A DNA stretch of 64,000 nucleotides from Eledone cirrhosa. Its lineage: Eukaryota. Below, in pieces: positions 36,153 to 50,972 of this stretch (positions are counted from its first letter, which is position 1; each line of letters opens with the position of its first letter). The stretch is taken from assembly GCA_964016885.1 (NCBI GenBank), contig OZ024755.1, forward strand, positions 682,001 to 746,000, in the 5' to 3' direction. The position numbers and the translations under genes are program-made. Under the pieces are notes generated by a model. The model was not told the DNA's origin and searched no databases. It saw only the letters and a list, made by a program, of their open reading frames with translations.

Positions 36153-36490
36153 CTAGAAAGTCGGGAGGGGTTGTATGTTAAAAATATTGCTAAGAGGATG
36201 GGTTATATATGTTAAAAGTGTTGCTAAGAGGATGGGTTATATATGTTAAAAGTGTTGCTAAGAGGATGGGTTATATATGTTAAAAATATTGCTAAGAGGA
36301 TGGGTTATATCTGTTAAAAGTGTTGCTAACATGATGCGTCTTTTTTTTTTTTGTAAGAAATATTGCTAACAGGGTGGTTTGTAGATGTTAAAAACATTAT
36401 GAACAGGGGGGTTTTTATGTGTAAAAATATTGCTAACAAGATGGTTTTTATATAATTCATGTATTGACTGTTGCTAACAGGGTAGTTTGT
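36153..36490. repeat. Degenerate relatives of the 34-bp unit
   Basis: gttaaaagtgttgctaagaggatgggttatatat and more diverged ttgctaacaggg units. Confidence 0.8.
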
Positions 36491-37029
36491 ATTCTACAAA
36501 TATCTAGTTTGTCTTTCTTACTGGTTGCTCATTTTTCTTTATCCTTTTTTAAAATTCGTTTTATTAATTTATTTATTTAAGCTGATAAGTAAAAGTAAAG
36601 CCAAAGAAAGATTAAAATAAATCAGAATTCAAGATAAAGAAGCAAGAAATAATAATAATGGTAATAATAATAATAATCAGCTACAAGAAAGTTCCAAATT
36701 TTTTCCTTTTTCAAAGAACAGTTAAGTAATTGTCTTCTACCATATTTCTGCTGACAATTCACCATTATTTTCCTTGGCAATCTGTTTATTGATCGGCAAA
36801 TAGTTTTGTTGCTCATCTGTATTTATTTGCGTGTATTGTGTAATCAAAGTCAAAGAATGTTCTGATAGAGAAAAACCTTGATTATTAGTTTTAGAAATAA
36901 AAAAAAAAAAAGACCGAAAAAAAAAACGATAAAAAAAGCCGTTAATCACTGTCAGAAAATGTTCAGTTAAATATGTTGTTAATATTTTATTTATTCTCAG
37001 TGAATTGGCAGTAATTGGTAGAGCACTGG

Positions 37030-37150
37030 ACAACACACTTGCTGTGCAGTATTTAATTATGTCCTTTTACATTCTGATTTCAAATCCTGCCGAGGTTAGC
37101 TTTGTCTTTCATTCTTTCAGGGTTGATAAAATAAATTATCAGTAATACAC
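37030..37150 (+). mobile_element. Old SINE family A copy
   Basis: ttcaaatcctgccgaggttagctttgtctttcattctttcagggttgataaaata. Confidence 0.7.
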
Positions 37151-37229
37151 TGGTGTAGATTTAGCGCCAGAGCGTCTCTGCCAATTTGCCACCTTTTTAT
37201 CAATTGGCCACTTTTTTATCAATGTTCTA

Positions 37230-37556
37230 AAAGATGGAGGAACTGAGGGAGGAACTGGGTATAAAAGGAATTAGAAGGAGTTTGCTGGAAGGAGAGGAGA
37301 CTGCGTTGGTATGGACATGTGATGTGCTTGGATGATGATCGCTGGGTGAAGAAGTGCCAAGTAATCCTAGTGGAAGGAAACCACAGTAGAGAAAGACAAA
37401 GGAAGACTTAAATGGAAGTGATGGGAGCTGATCTCAGATTGCTAAAGCTCATGGAGGAGATGACAAAGGAATGCAACAAGTGGAGAGATGCTGTACTGAG
37501 AAGGACCTGTCCAACCCATGCAAACATGGAACAACGGACTTAAAATGATGATGATG
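37230..37556 (+). mobile_element. Diverged RTE 3' fragment
   Basis: actgcgttggtatggacatgtg (LRWYGHV), tgggtgaagaagtgcc; tail cggacttaaaatgatgatg. Confidence 0.8.
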
Positions 37557-38049
37557 AATATTACATCATCATAAAATTTGTCATCACCAATATCTCCCCT
37601 GACCCTTGCTATGTACAAAAAAAAAACATGCAACATCAATAGCAACAACAACAACATCAATGGCAACAACAATGCCTTGGCAATATTTCTACACTCTACA
37701 TAGTGCCAGATAGATAGACAGTCTCTACACCAATGAAATAATTCAAGCAGCCATGATGGGATTATGGAAATATCAGAATATGTTCCAGTCTTGAGGCAGA
37801 AACTAAAATTCTCTCCAAGCATAACAGTATTGGAACCTCTTGGTGCATGATAATATTTATTACACACATACACACATGCACACTTGCGTACACACATGCA
37901 CACACGCAAATATTCTCACTCTCTATCTAGCTATACCCTTACCTCCTATTTCTCTTATCTATCTACCTACCCCTCTACATCTCTCTCTACATGTATCTAT
38001 CTATCTACTTCTCTTTCAATATATATCTACCTACCTACCTCCATCTTTA

Positions 38050-38083
<34 letters not shown>

Positions 38084-38476
38084 CCTGTCTGTTATACTTG
38101 TCTATCTGTCTGTTATACCTGTCTGTTTACAGTAATATATACAAAACCAAACATACCAGAACATCCTTCTAGACAGAACACAGAAGTTGTTTTCCATTGG
38201 CTGCTCCACAAAAGCATAAAGTTTAAGATTATTAGAAGAGGGAAAAACTATGGCTGAGCTGTTTATAGAAATATTAACAACATAGGATTTTGTCTTTATA
38301 TTTAGGAAGATAAAGGTTGGTGCCTGTGGTCTCTGCAGTCCTTCTAAGACTGGTGAGGCTGTTGTTGTTGTTATTGTTGTCGTTGTTTTATTCCAGGTTA
38401 TGCCTGATTGAACAGTCCTATGATCAAAGCTATTCAAGCGATGATAACCCTATTTCTTCTGGAGGTGTTTTTTACT

Positions 38477-38667
38477 ATTAGGGTCAACTGAAAAGTTTAT
38501 GAAGGAGTGATGCTAGAGCTGTGAAATCTTGCATGCATTAATTTCAACTCTTCTTATTAAATAACTGCATTGTTTCTTTCCAGGTATTATGTTGAAAAAT
38601 AAACCACATTTGGTCATTCCATGAGAGTATCTTGGTCAGCCTATGAACTTTTCAGCTGACCCTTGTA
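38477..38667. mobile_element. mariner-like MITE
   Basis: TIRs agggtcaactgaaaagtt / aacttttcagctgacccttg-TA; second partial copy at 53499. Confidence 0.75.
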
Positions 38668-38841
38668 CATTGAGACTACATTCAATGTGTCCATCCTTTT
38701 TTTAAGATGGTTGGATATGATTTGAATGGATTGTCTTGCAATTTCTAGCAAGTTGAACACCTAGAAGCTCTCTTGTGATGAAATTAGTGTTCAGTCTCTG
38801 TAAAGCTAAACTGTGATATTCTAAAGAAAGGTCTTCAGCAG

Positions 38842-39035
38842 TAATAATTGTTTCTACTTTTGGCACAAGGCCAGCAATTATCCCAATGTATTACTGGTAC
38901 TTTATTTTATCGACCCTGAAAGGATGAAAGGCAAAGTTAACCTCGGCGGGATTTGAACTCAGATCGTAAAGGGAGGTAACTCTATGCTTCAAAGCATGGC
39001 GTCCGACCTTCCACCAATACTGCCGATCCACCGCC
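38842..39035 (-). mobile_element. SINE family A with 16-bp TSD
   Basis: TSD cttcagcagtaataat at 38833-38848 and 39036-39051. Confidence 0.9.
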
Positions 39036-39259
39036 CTTCAGCAGTAATAATGGTATAGAATTTCATTGACAAGATCCCAGACCTCACTCACTTACTAAGT
39101 CGGGATGGAATTTGTGAAATTGGACCAAGGAAGTGATGTTTTCATTGGTCTTTCCATTGCTGATACTATCTACAGGTCACATCTTATCATCATCATCATC
39201 ATCATCATCATCATTTAACATCCATTTTGCATGCTAGCATAGGTTAGACGAGTGTGTCT

Positions 39260-39445
39260 CCTAGTTTCCTTGGCGTGAAGCAACTGAGAGTACAAGACTC
39301 CCCTTCAGGATAGGACGCCAGTCTATCGGAGAGTTAAACCCCCAGCTATTACTGGTACTCACTTTCAGCTGAGTATACTGGAGTAATGTGAAATGAAGAG
39401 TTTTGTTGAAGAACACAACACAGTCCAGGAATGAAACCCACAAGT
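39260..39445 (-). mobile_element. SINE family B variant
   Basis: Reverse complement of the copy at 45030-45262. Confidence 0.7.
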
Positions 39446-40073
39446 TTCAACTGACTCAAGGTTATTGGTAAAGTCATCTGTCCAAGATCATCCTGCAATA
39501 GAATCAAACCCATAGCCTCATTATTACCAGACAAACCTAACTACTCAGTTATTCCTGTATTTACAGAAACACCCTGAAGACAAACTACTGACCCAATATC
39601 TGTTTTATAAATGATGTTCTCTCTCTTTCTCCCCTCCTTCACTCTTTCTTTCTCTCTCACCATTTCTCTCTTCCCTCTCTCTCTCTGTCTTTCTCCCTCT
39701 TCCTCTCTATCTCCCCCCCCTCTCTCTCTATCCCTCTTCCTCCGCCTTTCTCTATTCCCTCTATCTATCCTAACATCATCAGTCACTCTTCTTACTCTAT
39801 CTATTATAAACATATTTTCCATATTTTCTTATTGAGAGATATCTTATTGGTTTATCTATGTAACTGTATGTTCACAGATACATACATATATACACTCATA
39901 TATACACTCATACATACATATATACACTCATATATACACTCATACATATATACACTCATATATATATATACATACACTCATATATACATACATGATTGTC
40001 TATACAATTTGTATGATCTTTATATATGTGTGACTTTGTATACATCATATATATATATATGGAGAGAGAGATA

Positions 40074-40147
<74 letters not shown>

Positions 40148-40419
40148 GCATGCTTATTTTTATTCATTTTTTATCCATATATAATATATATCTCTAGTAT
40201 TTTTCAATATATTATTTCCATATTAGTAAACATGTATTTTTGAGACATTAGTATAGGTTTCAGTGACTTTTGAGAGTTATTTCAGCTCCAAATCATAGAG
40301 CAATCTACCAATGGCCCCATATTTGTTCAGCTTCTTAACAAGAAATTGTCTAATATGCTTCATTGATCATTCCTGCGAAATCAATACTGCCTACTTAGCC
40401 ATGAAGGTGCTTAAGATTT

Positions 40420-41542
40420 CCATGTTGATGGTAGTGGTGGTGATGGAGGTGGTGTAGACATGATGGTAGATATGCGGTGGTGGTTATGGTGATGATGGTG
40501 GTGGTAGTGACAGAGGTTATGGTGCTGATGGTGGTGGAGGTGATGGAGGTGGTGGTGGTGGTGATGGTGGTAATGATGGTGGAGTAGACATGATGGTAGA
40601 TATGCGGTGGTGACAGTGGTGGTGGTGGTTATGGTGATGATGGTGGTGGTAGTGGCAGAGTTTATGGTGGTGGTGGTGGTGGTGGTGGTCGTCGTCGTGG
40701 TGATGGTCGTGGGGTGGTGGTTTTTTTTCACACATTGATTAGTTCCCTGTCATCTTAACTGGTTGGTTAATCATTCAGATAAAGCCAGAGAAGCAGTAAG
40801 GAAAAAGTATTGATGACAACGATGATGGCGTTGGTGGTGGGGGTGTTGGTGGTGGTGGTGTTGGTGGTGGTGGTGGTGGTGTTGGTGGTGGTGGTGTTGG
40901 TGGTGGTGTTGGTGTTGGTGTTGGTGGTTGTGTTGGTGGTGGTGGTGTTGGTGTTGGTGGTGTTGGTGGTGGTGGTGTTGGTGGTGGTGGTGGTGGTGGT
41001 GTTGGTGGTGGTGGTGTTGGTGTTGGTGTTGGTGGTTGTGTTGGTGGTGGTGGTGTTGGTGTTGGTGGTGTTGGTGGTGGTGGTGTTGGTGGTGGTGGTG
41101 GTGGTGGTGGGTGTTGATGGTGGTGGTGTTGGTGGTGGTGGTGGTGGGGGGTTGATGGTGTTGGTGGTGGTGGTGTTGATGGTGGTGGTGTTGGTGGTGG
41201 TGTTGGTGGTGGTGGTGGTGGGGTGATGATGACATTGGTGATGATGATGTTGTTGGTGGTGTTGGTGTTGGTAATGATGATGGTGATGGTGGTGGTGGTG
41301 GTGTTGGTGATGATGATGACGATGATGATGATGATGACGGTGATGTTAATGTTGATGATAATGATAATGGTGGTGATGATGGTGGTATTGTTGTTGATGT
41401 TGATGATGTTGATGATGTTGATGAGGATGGTGATGATGATGATGATGACAACAGAACAACAATAACAACAGTAATAATAATCATAATAATTTCTTTATTG
41501 GTCACATAACAATAACATTAATAGCAATAATGATAAATTTAC

Positions 41543-41574
<32 letters not shown>

Positions 41575-41584
41575 ATACTACTAC

Positions 41585-41677
<93 letters not shown>

Positions 41678-41690
41678 GGATGATGATGAT
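40420..41690. repeat. Trinucleotide repeat field: (GGT)/(GGT+GTT), (GAT), (CTA), (TAA)
   Basis: Direct reading. Confidence 0.9.
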
Positions 41691-41841
41691 ACACAAAAAT
41701 AAATAAATGAATAACTCTAGGAATAAACAAAGGAATTAAGAAGAAGTTTGTTTGGTGAAATTTCTAAGATTGTATTGGATGTTGGCCGATAGATGATCAG
41801 ATCTCCATAGAAACTTCTTGGTAACTATTTTAGTCCTTCAC

Positions 41842-41977
<136 letters not shown>

Positions 41978-42269
41978 CATATATATCTTTATATATTTAT
42001 ATACGTGTGTGTGTATACATGTGTATATATATATACATGTGTATATACATATATATATTTATATATATATATACTTATATACACACACACACATACATAT
42101 GGAAACAATAGAAGGCTTAAAAATGGTGTAGCAAGATTGAAATATAAGAGTTTGTTCCGGAATATCAGATTGAAAGTATTGTCTGTGTCGTTCATATTGG
42201 TACTTACAGTATCTTGGTGCCATTAAAGATATAGATGAGGTGTTTAGTTCATACACAGGGAGGATAGAA

Positions 42270-42630
42270 CCTCCCTATTGAAAATTACCTATACATGAAT
42301 GGCCAGCAAGGAACCCTGGCTTAACGTAGAAGTGGACAAAGGGAGAAGTTTATAGCACAAAACCCAAAACTGTGAGTCAATCGGAGGAAGACATTCATCT
42401 TGTCCTGACCAACATACAGCCTGACTTCCGGATGAGGTCAGTCGAGGATATACTTAGACGATTACAAACACTGGTGGACAACGCTGGTGTCTATGTTGAA
42501 TGTTCATACTATACTGTACTTCTACCATTATACTGTTCAAAATAAAACAGGTTTTATGGACATCGACCAATAATTAATAAATTTATGAACATAAACGTTA
42601 TATAGGGAGCTTCCTTTCATCCACCCTGTA
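42270..42630 (+). mobile_element. Tc1/mariner relic with right terminus
   Basis: EWPARNPGLT resembles WPPRSPDLT; ends ccaccctg-TA; homologous to 16711-17110. Confidence 0.75.
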
Positions 42631-43049
42631 CATTACATAGTTTATCTAACATCTAATTGATATCATGTATGAATTGAAGTTATCTTGAGTAGTTTATTCT
42701 GTAGAACATGGCTAAAGAAGTATTACCATTTCATATCAAATGATTTATAGATAATAACATTGCCTGAAAACTAATTGAAAAAATATCAACGAAATTCTTA
42801 GAAGTAGAGAAGAAAATGATTTAGAGTTGTTCCAATAATAATTCATAGATTTGGAAATAATAAAATGAAACCGAAATAGAAAAATACTAAATCTTTACAT
42901 AATATACACACTACAAAAACATTTATGATGTATAAATATGTATACAGAGTCATATAAATATGTTTTATAGATGTATATTTAGTCTCATGGTGAAATTTCT
43001 GTCTCATGGTTAAATGGAAGCCAAAGTAAATATATGTTTATTAAATATG

Positions 43050-43173
43050 TTGCATATGACTATATATATATATCTATCAATAACTTATTGTATATGACTA
43101 TATATCTACATACCTATCAATAACCTGTTGTATATGATTATATCTACATACCTATCAATAACCTGTTGTATAT

Positions 43174-43251
<78 letters not shown>

Positions 43252-43390
43252 ATAACCTGTTGTATATGACTATATATATATATATATATATATATCAATA
43301 ACCTGTTGTATATGACTATATATACACATATATATCAATAACCTGTGTTGTATATGTCTTTATATACACATATCTATATATAACCTGCCA
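43050..43390. repeat. Compound repeat: tatcaataacctgttgtatatgac + variable (TA)n
   Basis: About 6 anchor copies. Confidence 0.85.
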
Positions 43391-43394
43391 TTTA

Positions 43395-44205
43395 AGTCCT
43401 ACAATTTATGACATAGCTTTACAATTGACAACACAGTCCTACAATTTAAGACATAGCTTTACAATTTAAGACACAGTCCTACAATTTAAGACATAGCTTT
43501 ACAATTTAAGACACAGTCCTACAATTTAAGACACAGTCCTACAATTTAAGACATAGCTTTACAATTTAAGACACAGTCCTACAATTTAAGACACAGTCCT
43601 ACAATTTAAGACATAGCTTTACAATTTAAGACACAGTCCTACAATTTAAGACATAGCTTTACAATTTAAGACACAGTCCTACAATTTAAGACACAGTCCT
43701 ACAATTTAAGACATAGCTTTACAATTTAAGACACAGTCCTACAATTTAAGACACAGTCCTACAATTTAAGACATAGCTTTACAATTTAAGACACAGTCCT
43801 ACAATTTAAGACACAGTCCTACAATTTAAGACATAGCTTTACAATTTAAGACACAGTCCTACAATTTAAGACACAGTCCTACAATTTAAGACATAGCTTT
43901 ACAATTTAAGACACAGTCCTACAATTTAAGACACAGTCCTACAATTTAAGACATAGCTTTACAATTTAAGACACAGTCCTACAATTTAAGACACAGTCCT
44001 ACAATTTAAGACATAGCTTTACAATTTAAGACACAGTCCTACAATTTAAGACACAGTCCTACAATTTAAGACATAGCTTTACAATTTAAGACACAGTCCT
44101 ACAATTTAAGACATAGCTTTACAATTTAAGACACAGTCCTACAATTTAAGACACAGTCCTACAATTTAAGACATAGCTTTACAATTTAAGACAGTCCTAC
44201 AATTT
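43395..44205. repeat. 20-bp satellite with two variants in a higher-order pattern, about 40 units
   Basis: A=acaatttaagacacagtcct, B=acaatttaagacatagcttt; mostly AAB trimers. Confidence 0.97.
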
Positions 44206-44409
44206 CCTGCAACAGTGTATAAATTACACAGAACATTGCTAATGAAGAATGGAGATAATACATTGAAGAGAAACACAAGTAGGAGAATACAATTACATGA
44301 CAAATATGACTAATTAAAATTAACGACATTGTGGAACACATAGCAAGGGAGGTGAACCATGCTGATATGAAAAACTTGCAGTTGTGGGTAACATGGCAGA
44401 GAAATAGCA

Positions 44410-44454
44410 AAGTAGCAGTAGTAGTAATAGCAGTAGCAACACCAGTAGTAGAGC

Positions 44455-44489
<35 letters not shown>

Positions 44490-44502
44490 CAACAGAAGTA
44501 GT

Positions 44503-44567
<65 letters not shown>

Positions 44568-44590
44568 CAGTAGTAATAGTAGTAGTAGCC
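44410..44590. repeat. (TAG)n/(CAG)n microsatellite
   Basis: Direct reading. Confidence 0.95.
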
Positions 44591-45029
44591 GCAGCAAGTT
44601 TGGTAATAAAACAAAAGAATAGCACTCGAAATTACAATTCAAAATTAGGTGCTGGGAAAATAATTACCTAATTTCAATAGTTTGCAATCAATAAATATGC
44701 TTAAGTGGAATTTACACAACAAAATAAATAAATAAGAGACAATGAGAAAGGAAGGCAGTGGTAACAACAACAACAACAAGAATTCTTTCAACAGATCTTT
44801 TGTGTAGTCTTAAGGCCAATTCTGTGGAGAGATTCTGTAGAATTGACAATACTGTATCATTACTGGTATTTATTTTCATAATTAACAGAAATCATTATTT
44901 CAATAAAAGCAATAATAATCATCAATTTATTTGCTGAAAGGGTAACACATGTACGATATTACAAGATGCTATCATATAATGAGATTCAAGTAACAAATAT
45001 CTGTACTGTACAGGAGAAATAGAGCTGTC

Positions 45030-45262
45030 CTGTGGCCTAATGGTTAGGGTGGTGGACTTATGATCCTAGTAGTGTTGGTTTCATTCCTGGACAGGTTGCT
45101 GTGTTGTTGTGTTCTTGAGTAAAACACTTTTCATGCTGCTCCAGTAAACTCAGCTAAGAGTGAGTATCAGCAGTAGTTGGGGAGTTAATCCTGAGATAGA
45201 CTGGCATCCTGTCCAGGGAGAGACTTGTATTCTCAGTTCTTTAACACCAAGGAAACCAGAGA
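45030..45262 (+). mobile_element. SINE family B variant
   Basis: tggcctaatggttag, ggtttcattcc, gtgttcttgagtaaaacact...ctccagtaaactcagct. Confidence 0.75.
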
Positions 45263-47199
45263 TAAGAACCATATTTCTATATATATGTATATATATATAT
45301 ACATATATATATATTTCTAAAAGTTTGTTTGTGTGTGCCTATTTCTCCCCCCACTCCCCCTCTCATTAGTTATGTAACAATCATATGTTCATTTGTTCCC
45401 CCTCCTCCTTCTATTGTTTGTGCTTCACTCCTCTCCCCATTACTCATTCACTCTCATTTATCATCCGTGCCTGAGTTTCAAGTAAAACCACTTGGAAGAA
45501 GGCAACTCTGAAACTATATATTTCTATCGGTATAAAACCTGTGGTTGATATAGTTACATGAGATCAGTGTCTTGTTTGTCACTAAATATTGAACTGTCAG
45601 TACTTATAGAATGGCATACGTGTTCTACAAGTTTAGATCACTGTAATCCAAAGATGTACAGATGTATCATATCAGACAGTAATCATCTGACAAGATGCAA
45701 CAGCATGTATCTATCTATATATGTATATATATATATGTATGTATATGTAGCTATCTATATATGTATGTATATGTATATATATGTATGTATGTATCTATAT
45801 ACATATATGTATGTATATATATATACATATGTATGTTATTCTGGTTTTATTATTTTATAAATTTTCACCAACAGAAAGTTGGTTTCTAACAGAAACAAGA
45901 TTCTTTCATTGGAAGTTAGACATCAATTATGTATATATGTATGTATATATGTATGTACATATGTATGTATATATGTACATATGTATGCATATATGTATGT
46001 ATATATATGTATGCACATATGTGTGTATATATGTATGCACATAGGTGTGTATATATGTATTAAACATCATCATCTGATTTGTAACAGTAAAGTTTATTAT
46101 TAGTTAATAAATGAATTTTGGCAAAACCAGGAAAGATAAGAAAAAAGAGCAATATTCCTTCTGAACGAAATTCTCTAAATTTCCATCTTTAATGATAATG
46201 TCTTATTGGAAATGATGTGTATTTCTATTAATTATGTAGTAGAGGTGAATATTAAACATTTATCAGATTTATTTTGTTATTAAAATTTAGTTAATTGATA
46301 GAATTTAGAAGGAGAAAAAAAATGGTAAGAATATATATAATTTGAGATGTTAACATTTATAACAATTTATATAAATATATCAGAGTTAGAATCATTTTAA
46401 TTTGAATTTTTAATTAATCGAATTTCAATAAATACAATTCTGTATTATTGAAAAAAAAAAAAAAAATAAATAAATAAATAAATAAATAAAAATAAAAAAA
46501 AATAAAAATGGAAAATAGAAAGAAAATTTCCTAGAAATACTTTCATATCGCACTAATTAGAACTAAATAATACACATCATTAATTAGGACTACTCCCATA
46601 CTTCACTAATTAGAAAGACTGATGTGTATTATTTATAATTAGAATTACCTACAAAAATTGCTCGTTATGATTCCATATCTAATTCTTAAATTACATTTAT
46701 ATACTAAAGATATCTCTTGTGGTCTTTAAATTTTATGAGATCAACTTTTCTCAGCTTCTTATTTCCATGTCTCAGTTTTGGCGAACATTTATTCTGAACT
46801 CCATAAAGCAAAAGCTTATACAATATCTGGCTGGCAATATCATCATCACCATCATCATCACTGTAGCAATCATCATCATCATTATCATCAATATAATAGT
46901 CATTACCATCATCATTATTAACATTATAATCATTGTGATCATCATCATCATTATCAACACTATAACCATCAACATCATCATCATTATCAACACTAATGCT
47001 AGCGTGGAAGATGGACGTTAAACGAAGATGATGATGATGATGATAACCATCAACATCATCGTCATCATTAACACTATAATCATTGTGATCATCATCATCA
47101 TCATCCTCAATAGTAGCAGTAGTTGTTGTTTAACCCCAGGTCAACCAGTATTGAGTAGATATGTTATGAAAAACATTCTGGCTGTTGCCATGCAATTTT

Positions 47200-47320
47200 T
47201 TTAGGGGTATCTAGGACTGCCTTACCCATTTTAGGGGTATCTAGGACTGCCTTTCCCTTTTTAGGGGTATCTAGGACTGCCTTACCCATTTTAGGGGTAT
47301 CTAGGACTGCCTTACCCTTT
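47200..47320. repeat. 30-bp minisatellite, about 4 copies
   Basis: ttaggggtatctaggactgccttacccatt. Confidence 0.92.
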
Positions 47321-48837
47321 TTATTGATATATACAATTCCTCTAAAATCTAGCACACGTGTTTGTGTGTATCTATATTGTGGATGTGTGTTTGTGTGTTG
47401 TGGGTGTGTTTGTGTGTATCCATGTATATGTGTGTTTCTGGTTGGTGCGTGTGTCTGTGTGTTTTTATGTATCTGACTGTCTGTGTTTCAGTTTGTTTGT
47501 GTGTATCCAAGTATATGTGTGTGTTTGTATGTGCTCATTTCTATGTGTGTGTGTGCATGTATGTTTGCTTGTATTTGTCTACATATGCATGCAAGTGTGA
47601 GCATATGTGTATTTATATATGTGTATGTGTGTGTGTATATGTGTGCATATTTCTGTATATGTATGTGTGTATGTATATACATGAATACGTTAGCTGTATT
47701 TCTGTTACAAGTTATGGATGACACTACATGTAAAGATATGTGCAAGGAAGCCTGACGGATGTGTTGAAATGAAATAGCAAATGATTCTTTGCAAAAGTTA
47801 TGGAAGCATAAAGGCAAAACAAAACAAAAAGTAACCAAAAACAAACTGGTCAAAATGGTGACCTTAAAAAGAGAATGTGAAGAAGATATTGCAAAGAAAA
47901 AGGTTAATAATAAATCCAATGAAGAAATACATAGAAGGTTTTGACAAATATTTGGCCATTGACCAGAAGGTATGGCACTGTAGCTTCTGTCAGAAAACAT
48001 GGTTTTTTTTTGCTTCAACAATTCTGAAATGGTAAATGGCTGGCATCATCATCATCATCATCATCACTATAACAATCATCACTATAATAGTCATCACCAT
48101 CGTTATCATCACTATAATAGTCATCACCATCATCATCATCATTGCTGTAACAATCATCATTATCGTCATTATCAACACTATAATAATCATCATCATTGTC
48201 ATCATCCTCACCACCTACATCATCATCATCATCATCATCATCATTGTCATCATCATCACCACCTACATCATCATCATCATCATCATCATCATCACCATCC
48301 TAACACATTTTAGTAATGGTTTCTGATTTAAGCACAAGGCCAACAATTTCAGGGGAGTAGAAAGTCGATTACAGGGACCCCAGTGTGTTACTGGTAATTT
48401 ATTTTACACATCGGTACTTTATTTTACACATCGTTGATTTTTGTTTTGCATCGTTTATTTATTTATTTTTCGAGAGTCATTTGAAAAGAGGGTTTTAGCC
48501 CCGAAATATTATGTTGAAATATACTGGGTAAAATATTACTTTGTTTTGTTTTATTTCTCATCTTTTGCCCTTTATATATTTTAACTGCATTGTACCAGCT
48601 TTCTGAAACACTTAGCCATCAATTATTATCTCTCTATATATATAATAAATAAATTATACAATTATCAAAGTTGTGTTCAAGATAATTGTATAATTTATTT
48701 ATTTTCCTGCTCTGTAAAACAACTGATGTTCATACATTGAGCTATTTCTCTTACTAGTAATAAGGTAGTAAGAAATTACTGACCTTCCTGTTTATAGTTG
48801 TTTATACTATATACATAACTATAAATAGTATTATTAT

Positions 48838-48898
<61 letters not shown>

Positions 48899-49169
48899 AT
48901 ATAATCAATATAATATAATATAGCAGTAAAGATTTTTATGATAAATTTAAACTTAAATTTTTATACATGCAAAAAAATATAACGGGGAAAAATATGATGG
49001 TATTGTCTGCAAGAACCAAACCATATATGTATGTGTATGTATGTGTATGTACATATATATATATGTGTGTATGTATATATATATATATATATATATATGC
49101 GTGTGTGTGTGTGTTGTGTGTGTGTGTGTGTGAGTGAGAGAGAGAAAATGATAGAATGTATATGTATAT

Positions 49170-49283
49170 ATAATTGTTTCTACTTTTGGCACAAGGCCAG
49201 CAATTACCCAGTGTATTACTGGTACTCTATTTTATCGACCCCGTAAGGATGAAAGGCAAAGTTAACCTCGGCGGGATTTGAAC
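49170..49283 (-). mobile_element. SINE family A, 5'-truncated at the B box
   Basis: aattgtttctacttttggcacaaggcc...cggcgggatttgaact. Confidence 0.88.
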
Positions 49284-50915
49284 TTGTGTGTAAATGTGTG
49301 TGAGAGAGAGAGTGCATGTGTGTGTGAGAGAAAGTGTTTATGTATGTCTGTGAGAGAGATTGTGTGTGTATGTGTATCTGTTTCTTCTTATACATGAATA
49401 AACTATATAAACACAGCAACTAAACTTTATAGTATTCAGCAATGAAAATACATATACATACATACACATACTTACACATACATATACATCTACATACATA
49501 AAAGCAGAAGAAAAGAGAGAGAAAAAATAATGTTTGTGAGATCTAACATATATTTATCTAACATTTCCACTTCTCAATTTAATAGTTATACTGAGACCTT
49601 TAAAACTATAACGGAATAACAAAGGGTTAAAATTCACCATATGAACCCCTAACACTTCCTATAAAAATTAATGGTATGTTTTTTATTTATGTTTCAAACA
49701 TGTTTTTTGTCCTTATTTTTGATCAAAGACTACTAATAGCTTGTCTACCCGATTCCTGAATGTAGACAGAAATCCTGTCACCTTTTTTTTTTGCTGCTGT
49801 CTTCTTTTTTTTGCTGCTGTCTTTTTTTTTTCTTCAGTATTTTCCTTCCTGAGGAATATATATATACATATACATACACATGTATACATACATATATATA
49901 TATATATACACACACATATATATACATATGTCGGAAATACTTAACACACACACACACAGACATATATATTTATATATATATATATAGTTATATTATATTT
50001 TATCTATGTAATTATCTTCTGACAAAAACAATATAAGAAATATCTATAAAAATATAAAAAGTTCTAAATGAAAGTGATAAATGTTAAGATTAGTCTAAAT
50101 TGATTTTTGTTTTTTTTTACCCCAGCAAAGTAACAAAGTAACTAACCCTTGTACATATTTTGTGAACTGACTATAAAGACTGGAGGATAGGATGGAGATG
50201 GTGTATGTTGATCTTTGCATATACATGCATATATATATATACACACCTATATTTGTATATTTGTGTGTGTGTATGTATATATATATATATATATACATAT
50301 ATATACACACCTATATTTGTATATTTGTGTGTGTGTTTGTATATATATATATATATACACACACATATATACACACCTATAGTTGTATTTTTTGTGTGTG
50401 TATATATATATGTGTGTGTGTTTGATTTCCATTGAAGCCAACAATAAAAATAAGTTTAAGAATATATTTTCAATATGGTTTTTGAATCCCATTTATATAT
50501 AAAGAACTTTAAAATGAAAAATAAAAATAAATAACAAAAATAAAGATAACAAAACAAACAAACAAATAAACAAACAAATAAATAAACAAACAAACAAATA
50601 AATAAACATATAAATAAATAAACATATAAATAAATGAATAATAAATGTTGTTATCTTTGGAACAAACGATGATCTTTATGGTTGGTTAAATCTAGAAAAC
50701 AAACAGCAGAGGAAAAAAAATGGTCGGTGAGAGAAGGAAAAGATAGAACTATGGTAAATAATAGATAAAACGGAGTTGATAAAAAGACTGAAACAGAATT
50801 TTAAATATGTGATAATACATTAGATTTGTGTGGTTTATGTTGGTATTGCGGCATATGTGTGTATATATGTGTATATATGTGTGGGTGTATGGGTATGTAT
50901 GTATGTATGTATGTA

Positions 50916-50972
<57 letters not shown>

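Noticed and set aside
40771-41505. His/Gln-rich or Trp/Val-rich ORFs
   Set aside because: Trinucleotide repeat translations
47200-47320. Telomere-like ttagggg
   Set aside because: Single motif within a 30-bp minisatellite, not a telomeric array
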